A stretch of 64,000 bases of DNA from Isurus oxyrinchus (GCA_026770705.1 JANJGN010000037.1:10168001-10232000); one strand, 5' to 3'. Numbered from the stretch's first letter, positions 39,401 through 52,500 are shown. Program-made: numbers and translations. Notes: generated from the letters alone by a model not told the origin.

Positions 39401-40236
39401 AGAATGGTGACAGCCAGACAGCAGGTATTTGAACAGAGTCAAGGGAAATGGTGATATATTTAAGGATCCCAAATCAAAGGATGTTGAAGATGTGGCAATA
39501 ACTTGCCAGGATAAAGGGTGTACGGAAATCGTATCTTCAAGAACTGTATTTTCTTTTAAAAATATTGGAAGGACAATGCATTATTTGGACGTTTGAGAAT
39601 TGACCTGGATTTTTTTTTTCATAAGATCATAAATTCACCTTTGACTGTGAGTCTTTTCCAAGAAATCACATGACTTTAGCTAAACAACCAACATGGCACT
39701 TGAGGAGGAGAGCTATTTGCTTATTTGAACTGTAATCACTTTAAAGGCTGGGGAAAAAAAAACACTTTTAAAAGGAAAGGCCCTGGTGGTTTACCGGAAA
39801 TCACCCCACGAAGATAACTTTTATGTTTAGAACTTGTTTTTTTTTAACTCAGCTGGGAATAAACTGAGAAGGGAAAAGCTGCCCAACTCGCACTCTCCTT
39901 GCCTTGCCTGAAACGCAATGTAGTTATCAGTACCCAGCTTGTGGCCTTGGAGGAGATGCCAGTGTTGGGATGAACCTACTTCATCACTTTGCAGGTGGGT
40001 AGATCGAGCAACTGTCTTGCCTCAACCTTTTCTGCTTCTTGCTGTCCTTTGCTGTGACTTTGTTCACAGTGTTTTGATGTGAGTCTAAGGTGAAGTACTA
40101 ATTACTCACTTTGGTAATGAAATCCAGCGATTGAGCATTAATTTAATTTTTTCCACTCTTCCCCCAGTTCTGCTTAAAACTTGTTATCTCGTTCAGTTTG
40201 CAAAGCTTGGGTTTTTATTTTTGATTTGGTTCCACA

Positions 40237-40905
40237 GGAACATAGGAACAGGAGTAGGCCATTCAACTCGTTGAGCCTGCTCCGCCATTCAGTTAGATCA
40301 TGACTGATCATTTACCTCAGCACCATTCTCCACACTATCTCCATATTCCTTGATGTCATTGGTCTCCAGAAATCTATCGATAGATTTCTGCTTGAACATG
40401 CTGAATGATTGAGCTCCCACAGCCCTCTGAGGTAGAGAATTCCAAAGATTCATCGCCCTCTTATTGAAGAAATTCCCCCTCATCTCAGCCTTAAATGACC
40501 TAGCCCTTATTCTGAGAATATGTCCCCTGGCTCTAGACTCCCCAGTCAGGGGAAACATCCTATCAATATCTATGCCCTTTAAGAGTTACGTAAGTTTCAA
40601 TGAGATCACCTCTCATTCTTTGAAACTCCAGAGAATACAGGCCCAGTTTCTTCAATCGCTCCTCATAGGACAGACCCAACATCCTAGGGATTAGTGTGGT
40701 GAACCCCTGTTGCATTCTCTCTATGGGCAAGTACATCCTTCCTTAAATAAGGAGATGAAAACTGTACATAATGCTCCAGGTGCGGACTCACCAAGGCTCT
40801 ATATAATTGCAGCAAGGTATCTTTGCTCCTCTGCTCTTGTTGTGATGAAGGCCAGTATACCATTTGCCTTCCTTATTGATTGCTGCACCTGCATGCTAGT
40901 TTTAA
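40237..40905 (-). mobile_element. CR1 LINE 3' fragment
   Basis: FPLTGESRARGH..FFNKRAMNLWNSLPQRAV; caggaacataggaacaggagtaggccattc tail. Confidence 0.9.
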
Positions 40906-41262
40906 GTTCCAATTTTCTCTCCACCTCTGTGAAATCGCTAACTTTTCCTGGTGAAATGGTTCCAGAGGTGCTGATCAGCCCTCCAGTACCTTGACCAAGT
41001 AACTATTATTTATGCATGAAGTTTGTTAGTAATGCCTTGAAATTCAATAATGTATTAAGAGTTGAATTTGCTGATGCTCTACAGAGCTGAATGTGCCAGA
41101 ATGTTGTGGGTCTGCTTATTTGTAGGACGGCTTTCAGTGCCTGAATCCTGTGTAAAACAGGAGTAAGGTGCTGGGGGTGCTTAGCAGTCAGAGTGGAGTC
41201 TTGGAAAAGCTGCTTCTGGGTAAACAGTGCAGATGCAGATAAATGGGATAGTTTTTTTAAAT

Positions 41263-44200
41263 TCATTTACGGGCATCACTGGCTAGGCCAGTATTTGTTG
41301 CCCATCCCTAATTGCCCTTGAGAAGTTGGTGGTGAGCTGCCTTCTTGAACTGCTGCATTCTGTGTGGTGTAGGTACATCCGCAGTGCTGTTAGGAGGGGA
41401 CTTCCAGGATTTTGATCCAGCGATAGTGTAGGAATGGTGCCAAGTCAGGATGTGAGTGGCTTGGAGGGGAACTTCTAGGTGGTGGTGTTCCCAAGTATCT
41501 GCTGCGCTGGTCCTTCTAGATGGTAGTGGGTTGGAAGGTGCTGTCTAAGGAGCTTTGGTGAGTTTCTGCAGTGCATCTTGTAGATGGTACACACAAATGC
41601 CACTGTTCGTTGGTGGTAGAGGGAGTGAATGTTTGTGGAAGGGGTGTAAGTCAAGCAGGCTGCTTTGTCCTGGATGGTGTCAAGCTTCTTGAGTTGTTGG
41701 AGCTGCACTCGTCTTGGAAAGCGGAGAGTATTCCAGCAGACTCTTGTAGATGGTGGACAGACTTTGGGGAGTCAGGTGGTGAGTTACTCGCCACAGGATT
41801 CCTAGCCTCTGACCAGCTCTTATAGCCACAGTATTTATATGGCTAGTCCAGTTCAGTTTCTGGGCAATGGTAACTCCCAGGAAGTTGATAGTAAGGGAAT
41901 CAGCGATGGTTATGTCATTGAATGTCAAGGGGCGATGGTTAGATTCTCTCATGTTGGGGATGGTCATTACCTGGCACTTGTGTGGCTCAAATGTTACCTA
42001 CCACTTGTCAGCCCATGCCTGGATATTGTCCAGATCTTGCTGCATTTGGACATGGTCTGCTTTCAGTATCTGAGGAGTCGGGAATGGTGCTGAACATTGT
42101 GCAATCATCAGCAAACACCCCCACTTCTGACCTTATGATGAAAGGAAGGTCATTGATGAAGCAGCTGAAGATGTTTGGGCCTAAGACATTAACCTGAGGA
42201 ACTCCCGCAGTGATGTCTTGAAACTGAGATGATTGACCTCCAACAACCAGAACCATCTGTCTTTGTGTCAGATATGACTCCAACCAGTGGAGAGTTCCCC
42301 TCGCCCCCCTGATTCCCATTGACCAGTTTTGCCAGGGCTCCTTGATGCCAAACATGATCAAATACTGCCTTGATGCCAAGGGCAGTCACTCTCACCTCAC
42401 CTCAGGAGTTCAGCTCTTTTGTCCATGTTTGAACCAAGGTTGTAATGAGGTCAGAAGCTGAGTGACCCTGGCAGAACCCAAGCTGAGCATCAGTGAGCAG
42501 GTTATTGCTGAGCAAGGGTCACTTGATAACACTGTTGATGACCTCTTCTATTACTTTACTGATGATGGAGAGTAGACTGATGGAGTGGTAATTGGCCAGG
42601 TTGGATTTGTCCTGCTTTTTGTGTACAGGACACACCTAGGCAATTTTCCACATTGCCAGGTAGATGCCTGTGTTGTAGCTGTACTGGAACAACTTGGCTC
42701 GGGGTGCAGCAAGTTCTGGAGCACAAGCCTTCAATACTATTGCTGGAATACTGTCAGGCCCATAACCTTTGCGGTATCCAGTGCCTTCAGCCGTTCCTTG
42801 ATATCATGTGGAGTGAATCTAATTGTCTGAAGACTGGCACCTGTGTTTCTGGGGACCTCCAGAGGAGGTCGAGATGGGTCATCTACTCAGCACTTATGGC
42901 TGAAGATTGTTGCGAATGCTTCAGTCTTATCTTTTGTACTGATGTGCTGGGCTCCCCCATAATTGAGGATGGGGAGATTTGTAGAGCCTTATCCCTAGTG
43001 AGATGTTTAATTGTCCACCACCATTCACGACTGGATGTGACAGGACTGTAGAGCTTAGATCTGATCTGTTGGTTGTGGAATCGCTTAGCTCTGTCAATCA
43101 CTTGCTACTTATGCTGTTTGGCACACAAGTAGTCCTGTGTTAAAGCTTCAGCAGGTTGACACCTCATTTTTAAGTGTGCCTGGTGCTGCTCCTGGCATGC
43201 CCTCCTGCACTCTTCACTGAACTAGGGTTGATCCCCTGGCTTGGTGTTAATGGTAGAGTGGGAGATATGCTGGACCGTGAGCTACAGATTGTGGTTGAGT
43301 ACAATTCTCCTGCTGCTGATGGCCCACAGTACCTCACAGTTGCCCTGTTTTGAGTTGCTAGATCAGTCTGAAATTTATCCCATTTAGCACGGTGGTAGTG
43401 CCACACAACACTATGGAGGGTATCCTCAATGTGTTTGTCTACAAGGACTGTGCGTTGGTCACTCCTCCTGATACTGTCATCAACAGATGTGTCTGCAGCA
43501 GGTAGGTTGGTGAGGTGAAGTATGCTTTTCCCTCTTGTTGGTTCCCTCATCATCTGCCGCAGACCCAGTCTCACAGCTATGTCCTTTAGGACTCAGCCAG
43601 CGATGGCACTACCAAGCCACTCTTGGTGGTGGACATTGAAGTCCCCCACCCAGAGTACATTCTGTGCCCTTGCCACCCTCTGCTTCTTCTAAGTGTTGTT
43701 CAACGTGGAGGAGTACTAATTCATCAGCTGAAGGAGGGCAGTATGAGGTAATCATTGCCATGAGACTTCATGGGGGCTGGAGTAGACGTTGAGGACTCCC
43801 AGGGCAACTCCCTCCCGACAGTGTACCACTGTGCCATCACATCTGCTTGGTCTGTTCTACCGATGGGACAGGAGATAACCCAGGAATGGTGATGGTGGTG
43901 TTTGGAACATGATTCTGTGAGTATGACTATGTCAGGCTGTTGCTAGACCAGTCTGTGAGAAAGCTCTCTCAATTCTGGCACAAGCCCCCAGATATTAGCA
44001 AGGAGGACTTTGCAGTGTTGACAGGGCCTGGGTTTGCCATTGTCATTTCCGGTGCCTAGGTCGATGCTGGGTGGTCTGTCCAGTTTCATTCCTTTTTATT
44101 GACTTTGTAGCAGCTTGATATAGCTGAGTGGCTTGGCCATTTAAGAGTCAACCACATTATTGTGGATTTGGAGTCATATGTAGGCCAGACCAGGTAAGAG

Positions 44201-44419
44201 CATCAGATTTCCTTCCCTAAAGGGCATTAGTGAAGCAGATGGGTTTTTGCAACAATCAACATTGGTTTCATGGTCATCATTAGACTTTTAATTCTACATT
44301 TTTGTTGAATTCAAATTCCACCACCTGCCATGATGGCATTCAAACCCGGGTCCCCAGACCATTATTCTGGGTCTCTGATTTCCAGTCCAGTGACAATACC
44401 ACTATGCCACTGCCTCCCC
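41263..44419 (-). mobile_element. Apparently full-length single-ORF LINE (APE-RT) with a tRNA-like 5' head
   Basis: A box at 44399-44409 and B box at 44335-44346 (-). ATG at 44089 is in frame with KVLLANIWGL..PDIVILTES (APE). Also VGDFNV, SDQ (for SDH), GVPQVNVLGP and FADD. The 3' tail is shared with the SINEs. Confidence 0.85.
41400..44089 (-). pseudogene. APE endonuclease-reverse transcriptase ORF, disrupted by stops and frameshifts
   Basis: Collinear fragments 43170-43574, 42883-43101, 42008-42379, 41680-41967 and 41475-41708. Confidence 0.85.
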
Positions 44420-44552
44420 TATGTGCATTCAGTTCACTGTCAAGCAACTGGATGGCTCATCTATGGTTTTTATCCCATTTTGTTCCATCTGGCGTACAGT
44501 AGCATTAGGTAATGTTACTGAACTAGTTCAAATCCCGCCAACACAGCTGTTG

Positions 44553-45016
44553 TCAGCCGTGACTCAGTTGGTAGCACTACCCGCTTCTGAGTCAGAAGGT
44601 TATGTGTTCATTCCAGAGACTTGAGCATAAAATATAGGCTGGCAGTCCAGTGAAGTACTGAGGGAATGCAGCAATGAAGGACATACCTCCTTTCAATTGA
44701 GATGTTTAAATGAGGCTTGTTTGCTCCCTCAGGTGGACGTAAAAGATCCCATGACACTATTCCAAAGAAAAGCAGGGGAGTTCAGCTCCGGTGTCCTGGT
44801 GAATATTTATCCTTTAATGAACATTATTAAAACAGATTATCTGGACATTACCTCATTGCTGTTTGCGTGAGCTTGCTGTGCCTAAATTGGCTGCCATCCT
44901 TCCTGTGTTACAACAGTGACTACATTTCAACAAAACGTATTTAATTGGCTTTAAAGCGTTTTGGAATGTCCTGAGATCGTGAAAGGCACTGTATAAATGC
45001 ATGTCTTTCTTTCTTT
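44553..45016 (+). mobile_element. Deu-domain tRNA SINE (SacSINE1-like)
   Basis: tRNA-like head gactcagttggtagcac; central ctcaggtggacgtaaaagatcccatg..agcaggggagtt; tail tataaatgcatgtctttcttct. Confidence 0.75.
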
Positions 45017-46546
45017 CGCACACTGCAGCTCTGGTGACAACAGGAGACAATAGACAATACTCTGCCATCTTCTAGACCATGGGACACAGAATACAGGGTG
45101 ATGTGTCTGAGGGCTTTCAAGATCTGATAGCTGACATTAGACTAGCCATTCTGCTGACCATTGAGAATACAGATCCTGGATCTAGTGGAATGTTGGCAGC
45201 TGGAAGCAACCTTTCTTGAGGTTGCTGTCGCCCAGGACAGCTGCAGAGACTGGCCTCAAAGGATTACGTTCATAACATGTAGGAAAATGCTCTGGTATAA
45301 GCTCCAGAAATGCAGCCAGAGCGGTTCCCTTCTAGGAACTAGCTGCTGTGAGGGGAAGTCCTCCTCGGTCCTATGAGTGCCTTGTAGCACAGCAGCCGGC
45401 CACCTTTTGCAATACTGACCCTCGGCTCATACCTAGAGTGGCAGCAAGAAAATGGAACACCCAGGGAAAGTAGGTACTGAGTAGTTTGGCTTCTGCTTAT
45501 TTGGAGTTTGTTGTGTTAAAGGGGAACATGGCCTCCTTCTGTGCTGTATCATTCTAGTCTATGATTTTATGTATCCTTATGTGAAACTGTTTTATTCCTG
45601 GAGATTAGTGTATACAGGAAATGGTATACTTATTTTCTTCTGGCATTCATTCAGGTGATTACTATTCATTTGATCATGTAGCGGTAAAGAGGGCTGATGT
45701 ATTGTGATGTCTCAGGGTGGGTCCTCTATTGAAGGATTAGGTTTTATTTGAAGGAGGTGGGCCTGGTTACAAAAATAGACTGCGTTAAACAGAAGAGAAG
45801 TCATCAGTTATCTTCTCATTCCTCTTGCAGCAATTACCGAGGAGGCACTGAGATCGCCCCTGGTAGTAATCTGTTTACTATATCAAATGTACTTCTCTGC
45901 TGGAGACTTTGAATTGATGAGTATTAAACACCCAGGAGCTTATACAGATTCAGCAACTGATATTTACAATCAGGTGATGATATGAAACACAAAAACAATA
46001 AATAGCGAAACTACATCTGAACTTGCATACAGCGCTGACAGTCCTTAAATGGACTTGTTGCTCTTAGTAAGAAGAACCTTGGCAGATCCTGGTAGTCCAT
46101 TACATCAAGTACTGCTTTCTGGCAAGGCAGATTTGCTAAGTATTGCCTTGCATAACTTCTCGTGCATATTGCGACATAACATCTCAAATGAAAAAGAAGC
46201 ATCCTTTTCTATTGCCATAGTAGAACTCTGGAACAACAACTTTTAATCTCATAATTTCTTTTGAAATGGAGATTTTCAGGTGAGTATAACAATATTGCAT
46301 TTGGGTTTACAATTTACAAAAATCCAAGTAGGTATGTTTTGCAAGCGTAGAGCTAGACAGGATTTATACCATATAGAAGTAAAAATGTAGTTATATCTGT
46401 AGTGTTCCAATGCGTTCTTTAATTAAAAATGCAGCAAGAAAATCCACACACATTTAAAAAAACCCTTGAAAAAAGAGTAAAACTCTTGCTGCTTAATTAC
46501 AGCTAACTAACCAAGCAAGAAGAGTGGTATTTCCGCCAACTCCAGC

Positions 46547-47089
46547 ATGATGCCACCACCAAACACATCTTCCCTTCACCCCCCCTTATCGGCATTCCGT
46601 AGGGATCGCTCCCTCCGGGACACCCTGGTCCACTCTTCCATCACCCCCTACTCCTCAACCCCCTCCTATGGCACCACCCCATGCCCACGCAAAAGATGCA
46701 ACACCTGCCCCTTCACTTCCTCTCTCCTCACCGTCCAAGAACCCAAACACTCCTTTCAAGTGAAGCAGCATTTCACTTGCATTTCCCCCAACTTAGTGTA
46801 CTGCATTCGTTGCTCCCAATGTGGTCTCCTCTACATTGGAGAGACCAAACGTAAACTGGGCGACTGCTTTGCAGAACACCTGCGGTCTGTCCGCAAGAAT
46901 GACCCAAACCTCCCTGTCGCTTGCCATTTTAACACTCCACCCTGCTCTCTTGCCCACATGTCTGTCCTTGGCTTGCTGCATTGTTCCAGTGAAGCCCAAC
47001 GCAAACTGGAGGAACAACACCTCATCTTCCGACTAGGCACTTTACAGCCTTCCGGACTGAATATTGAATTCAACAACTTTAGGTCGTGA
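46547..47089 (+). CDS. Penelope ORF C-terminus: Cys-rich linker + GIY-YIG endonuclease (truncated, RT absent)
   Basis: PCPRKRCNTC linker; NLVYCIRCSQCGLLYIGET..AEH..VACHF..EEQHLIFRLGTLQPSGLN; open to the stop codon. Confidence 0.85.
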   Translation: MMPPPNTSSLHPPLSAFRRDRSLRDTLVHSSITPYSSTPSYGTTPCPRKRCNTCPFTSSLLTVQEPKHSFQVKQHFTCISPNLVYCIRCSQCGLLYIGETKRKLGDCFAEHLRSVRKNDPNLPVACHFNTPPCSLAHMSVLGLLHCSSEAQRKLEEQHLIFRLGTLQPSGLNIEFNNFRS

Positions 47090-47472
47090 GCTCCCTCCCC
47101 CATCCCCACCCCCTTTCTGTTTCCCCCTTTCTTTTTTTTTCTTTCCAATAAATTATAAAGATTTTCCTTTTCCCACCTATTTCCATTATTAAAAAAATAT
47201 TAAAAAAAACACCCCCACTAGAGCTATACCTTGAGTGCCCTACCATCCATTCTTAATTAGCACATTCGTTTAGATAATATCACCAACTTTAACACCTATT
47301 TGTTCTATTGTACTATTGTCGTTGACATCTTTTGATGATCTGCTTCTATCACTGCTTGTTTGTCCATACAACCACACCCCCCCCACCTCTCTCTCTCTCT
47401 CTATCTCTCCGCCCCCCCACACACACACCTTAAACCAGCTTATATTTCAACTCTTTCTTGGACTCGAACTCA

Positions 47473-47511
47473 AGTTCTGTCGAAGGGTCATGAGGACTCG
47501 AAACGTCAACT
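47473..47511 (+). ncRNA. Minimal type I hammerhead ribozyme-like motif (core variant)
   Basis: agtt-CTGTCGA-a-gggtc(atgag)gactc-GAAA-CG-TC-aact; palindromic ACGT stem III as in PLE hammerheads. Confidence 0.65.
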
Positions 47512-50500
47512 CTTTTCTTCTCCGCCGATGCTGCCAGACCTGCTGAATTTTTCCAGGTAATTTTGTTTTTGTTTAAGAAGAGTGGTGGTTGGGTGGCAGG
47601 ATAATTTGAGCTGAGGGGTGATATATTGACTGATGCATTGCTTTAAATTATTGATTCCTGTCAAACTGCTAGTAGGTTTGGACTGTGGTGTAGTAGTCTC
47701 AGTTCTTCACTGGGGCAGTACTGATTTAATGGGAGGTTGGGCTCTGTTGCACCCTTATCATGCAAACTTCTCAAACCTAAATTCCAGTTTAAAAATAAGC
47801 AAGTTAGGAGTAAAAAGCAACATCGTATGAATTAAATGTTAAAGAGGAACACTTTTGAAGCAGACAGTATGAAAGAATTAGACCTGTTCCTGGAGAGAAA
47901 AGGGTATGTTGAGAGGGTTTATGGGATTGATTAGTTTAATGGGACAGACTTTTGTGATAAAACTCTTCCTTTTCGTCAAAATTCTTACAAGTTATTGCAG
48001 TTCTTACTGCTGCCAGTGAGGAAAATTGAAAAGCTTAAAATGCTTTAGGTATTTCAATGGAGTTTTTTTTCTACACTTTTACCTAGACCAACCTCACTTT
48101 CAGTATGTTTTTTATACTTTGCTGTTTTCTGGCTTCACTGCGTCACACCGCAAATATGTGACAGAGAGAGCAGGTCACTTGTTTCCAGGACTCCAACACC
48201 ATTCATTAACAAGCTACCAGGAGACTTGCGTGTGTGGCCTGCGGTGAGAATCAGCTTGTTCTCCCTTTTTTAATGTAGCCTATTTCACCCAGTTATGAAA
48301 ACATTATTTAAAATGATACAGATATCAGTAAACCAATGCTGAATTTTTTTTTGGATCTACCTTAATTATTTTACAGTGAGTTAACTGTGATTTCTTTTTC
48401 TGGGATGTTCCAAAGTATTGCGGCTGTTATGCAGGGTGAAATTGGATCACAAGATACAGGATGTGCAGGCTTAACATTTACAGCATTAACATAACAGAAA
48501 ACACTGACAGTAACTTGATATTTGCTCCTGGGGTTTAGAGCTGTCTGTCTGAACTAATGAAAGAAAATGGCAATTAAAAAATGAACATTACAAGAATATT
48601 AGAAATCAGCAATGATTTCACGATCTTGAACTACTGATAGCACTTCATTATCCGAGAGTCTCATTCTCATTAGCCGCATTTCCCACAGGAGCTGCTTGTC
48701 ATCACGTTGTCTCGTTCAGCTCAAAGAGCAGAACAGTCTGGTATGCAGATGTCTGGCTGAATCCTGTTATCGACCAATACGTGACACACTTCGGGCACCA
48801 AACCTGCCACTTTTCCTTCCCCAGAGACAAAGCTTATCGCCATAGTGAGACGCTCGGCACAGCTGTTCATTTGAGAGCTGGGAGCTTCCCTTCTGAGGAC
48901 AGACTGATCAGCTCAGGTACTGAGCCTGTTCTGCTGACTCAATTGATCAGGTAGGTTTTGCATAATTGGCATTTTGACCTTTCACTTCTCGGATCAGTGT
49001 TCAGTCCAGTGGTAGAGGTTAAAGGTCAAAGTGTTACTAATGAATCAAAGGAAAGTCTGCAAATCTGACTGTAAGAATCAATGGTGAAATGGGTTTGGCC
49101 TGTCTCAATTGAGTAATCATGAGCTACTAGCACAGAACTTCCCCAAATTCACCACAAATTGGAACTAAATTGGGCTGTAATTTATAGAGGCCACAGCATG
49201 GCTCGGATAGGAAAAGGAAAAATATTGTACTGCTTCAACAGTGTGTGCTCTTCACAGATTTGGAGGTAGAGTAGAGGAAGTTTGTTCTGCGATTAGCTGT
49301 TCTGTGTAACTGCCTTCAAAAGACCCCATGCTGATACTGGGTGCTGAGCACAGAATTCACACGAGAAAAATTTTCAAAATGAGCATTCGCAACTTACAGA
49401 AAATCACTTCTGATTTCCACATTTCTCCCATGTGGAACTATATTTTTAATATCTAGTGTCTTTTGAAAAATTTATGTTAAGAACTTTGGGGGAGTTCCAA
49501 AGGACAGTGAGTTATGATTAAAAGAATGGTTGCCAGTAGAGTAGTGGGGAGAATGCACGCAATCCAATGTTGGAGGAACAGAGTACAGTAGTATAGGTAC
49601 AAGTGAAAATTAAAGCACAAGGAAAGAATATGTCCCCTAACATTTTGCTGCAGAAAGGCAGCCACTTCATTAAGATAAATGCTTTTCCCTAAAGGTTTTT
49701 AGATCTCTTAAGGAAATGGTGGAAAGTTGTCGCTGGTTTTATTGATTTTTGGATAACAATATTCCCTTTACAGCCACTCGGGGTAAGAAAATAAAGCCAG
49801 CTAAAAATGTATGAAAAATGGTGGGTTAGCCAGAAATGTACATGTTAGAGGTTGGCACCATTCTCACAGAGAGTAAACTATCAGTTAATAAAATTGGGAC
49901 AACACTCTTTAAATAAATGAGAAAGTGCAAATATTGGACATTTATCCACTTGCAGGAAGGTCTCATGCACCTCTATCTTACTGCAGACATCATTTTCAAA
50001 GTATTTAAAAAAACAAGAGGGAATTTCAATCTTTTCCTACTGGTTTTTCTGAACTTGATAATCTGGTCATTGCTCAGGATCATCAGAGCCCAGGATTTAC
50101 AACCAGCTGCCAATCTACATAAACTTCCCTCAAAAATCTGCCTCTAATTAATTTCAGGAAGTCCCTATTTAGCCTGTTTCCCAACAGGAACTGCCTGAGC
50201 AATGGGTTTAGAAAGGACAAGCCAGGTTAAACATAGCTGTTAGCAGTTGAACATGACAACTGTACTATGGCCATTAGATGGCTGTGATGTCTGGGTGAAA
50301 AGGTGAAGCTGTGCAATGCCATAGGAAATTTACTGACTAAGATACTGGAAATATTATATCAGTCTTGTCTGTAGGCTGCGGAAAAGTGAAGAGATGTAAG
50401 ACCTATCCATGTGCCTCCTCCTGCCCTACTGTTCGCAAATCTTTCATGTGAGATATTAATTTACATGTACTTGCTCCAACCTAATGTACTGTATTTGCTG

Positions 50501-50699
50501 GTATTGAGTGGTATAGTCTGTTTACCGTGAGGAAGACCAACATATCTTGTAACTTTATTAAATTAACTTTTTAACAAATAGTAACTTACAAAAGGGAATT
50601 GGGGAAAAGAGCAGGGAAGTGGGACTGATTAGTAGCTCTTTCAGAGAACCCAGTTAGACATGATGGACCAAACAACCGCCTCCGTGATTTATGATTCCA

Positions 50700-50900
50700 T
50701 ATGTCCGTTCTGTCTGCAAGTGTGCAGTGCCTATCCTAGTCTCACTTTGACTTTTTCAACATTTGGCATCTTGCGCGCACCAGCTCAGCCCATTACAAAC
50801 ATCTGGAGAAAAATGTCACATCTTCCTCCTGGGCATCCTGCAACCTCGGGTCTAAATATTGATTTTAGCAACTTTAGGCTGCGGCTGTTTCCTCCATTTT
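50700..50900 (+). mobile_element. Old Penelope GIY-YIG C-terminal remnant
   Basis: atcttcctcctgggcatcctgcaacctcgggtctaaatattgattttagcaactttag is homologous to 47024-47082. Confidence 0.65.
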
Positions 50901-51087
50901 CTTGCCTGTTTCACTATTCCAACTCCACCTCATTTCCAATTTCCTTTTGTTTTTGCATGCCATTTCACTTCCTGTTCTGAAACATTTGAGCTCATTAACA
51001 GCCAATGCATGATATTTGTCAACATCCCAGACTCTGCACTTGTTATTCACCCCTCCCTTCTTCGTTTAGTGCCATTTTGCTCAGGTT

Positions 51088-51432
51088 AGGGGAAACAGCG
51101 GCGTAATGGGAATGTCACTGGGCTAGCAATCCAGCGATTCAGGCTAATGTTCTGGGGGCACAGATTCAAATCCCACAACTGGTGGAATTTAAATTCAATT
51201 AAAAATAACCTGATTGAATTGAAAGCCAGTCTTAGTAATGACGGCCATGACAACTAGCATCGATTGTCATAAAAATCCATCTGCTTCACTAATGCTCACC
51301 TGGCCTGGCTTACATGTGACTTGATACCCACAGCAGTGTAGGTGACTCTTAACTGCCCTCTGAAATAGTCTACCAAGCCATTCAGTTCAAAGGCAATTAG
51401 GGATGGGCAACATATGCTAGTGCTGCCAGCAA
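51088..51432 (+). mobile_element. tRNA-derived SINE (same family as 11008)
   Basis: A/B boxes cggcgtaatgg / gattcaaatccc; junction caagccattcagtt-caaaggcaattagggatgggcaac. Confidence 0.85.
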
Positions 51433-51552
51433 CACCTCTATTCTATGGAAGAACAAATTTAAAAAGGTTTAATGGCGTACACTTAAAAGGGTGCCTCTAT
51501 ACTTTTTCTTTTATTATGCTGTTGAGCTTGCTGCATATTTTCAACAATTTCT

Positions 51553-51952
<400 letters not shown>

Positions 51953-52229
51953 TAGCAATAATTATGCACATTAAGTCTGTAGCACCCTTCTCAGATGTAG
52001 CTGAGAGTCTTTTGCCTGTTGTTGCCGACTAGATGTTGGGCTTGCACCTGGTGACTCCCAGCTGCAGATACCTTTGAAGTCAACAAAACTAGGTCTTGAG
52101 TTTCAGTGAAAGAAAGGCCCTCATTCACACAACTTAGCTGCCAGCACATGATGAAAAAATGGCAAGGCCTTGTGTGCTTCTGCCATATCAAGTACAAGTA
52201 ACAGCGAAACTCCCCAGTTACTTATAAAA

Positions 52230-52500
52230 AAAAAATTGTGCAATGATAATACACCTTCCACATCAAAATACCTCCAAGTGCCTCACATACAATGAATTAC
52301 TGTTTCAAATGCAGTGAATGTTTTAAGTAAACCCAGCAGCCTTTCTACACCAGTAATGTTGAACAGGCAGCGATGAGATGAATGATCAGTTAATCCGCTT
52401 TTGTTGGTATTGGGTTGGGAGAGAAACCTTAGCCAAGATATCAGGAGAACTCTTTGATCACCTTGGAATAGTGCCATTGATTTTGAGTCCTGAACCACAT
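52230..52500 (-). mobile_element. Degenerate Deu-domain SINE
   Basis: cagcgatgagatgaatgatcag..ggaatagtgccat, reverse complement of the Deu core. Confidence 0.5.

Larger units (their letters stand above)
46529..47574 (+). mobile_element. Penelope-like element (Neptune-type), 5'-truncated, 12-bp TSD
   Basis: TSD aagaagagtggt at 46517-46528 and 47575-47586; GIY-YIG ORF; terminal hammerhead motif. Confidence 0.9.
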
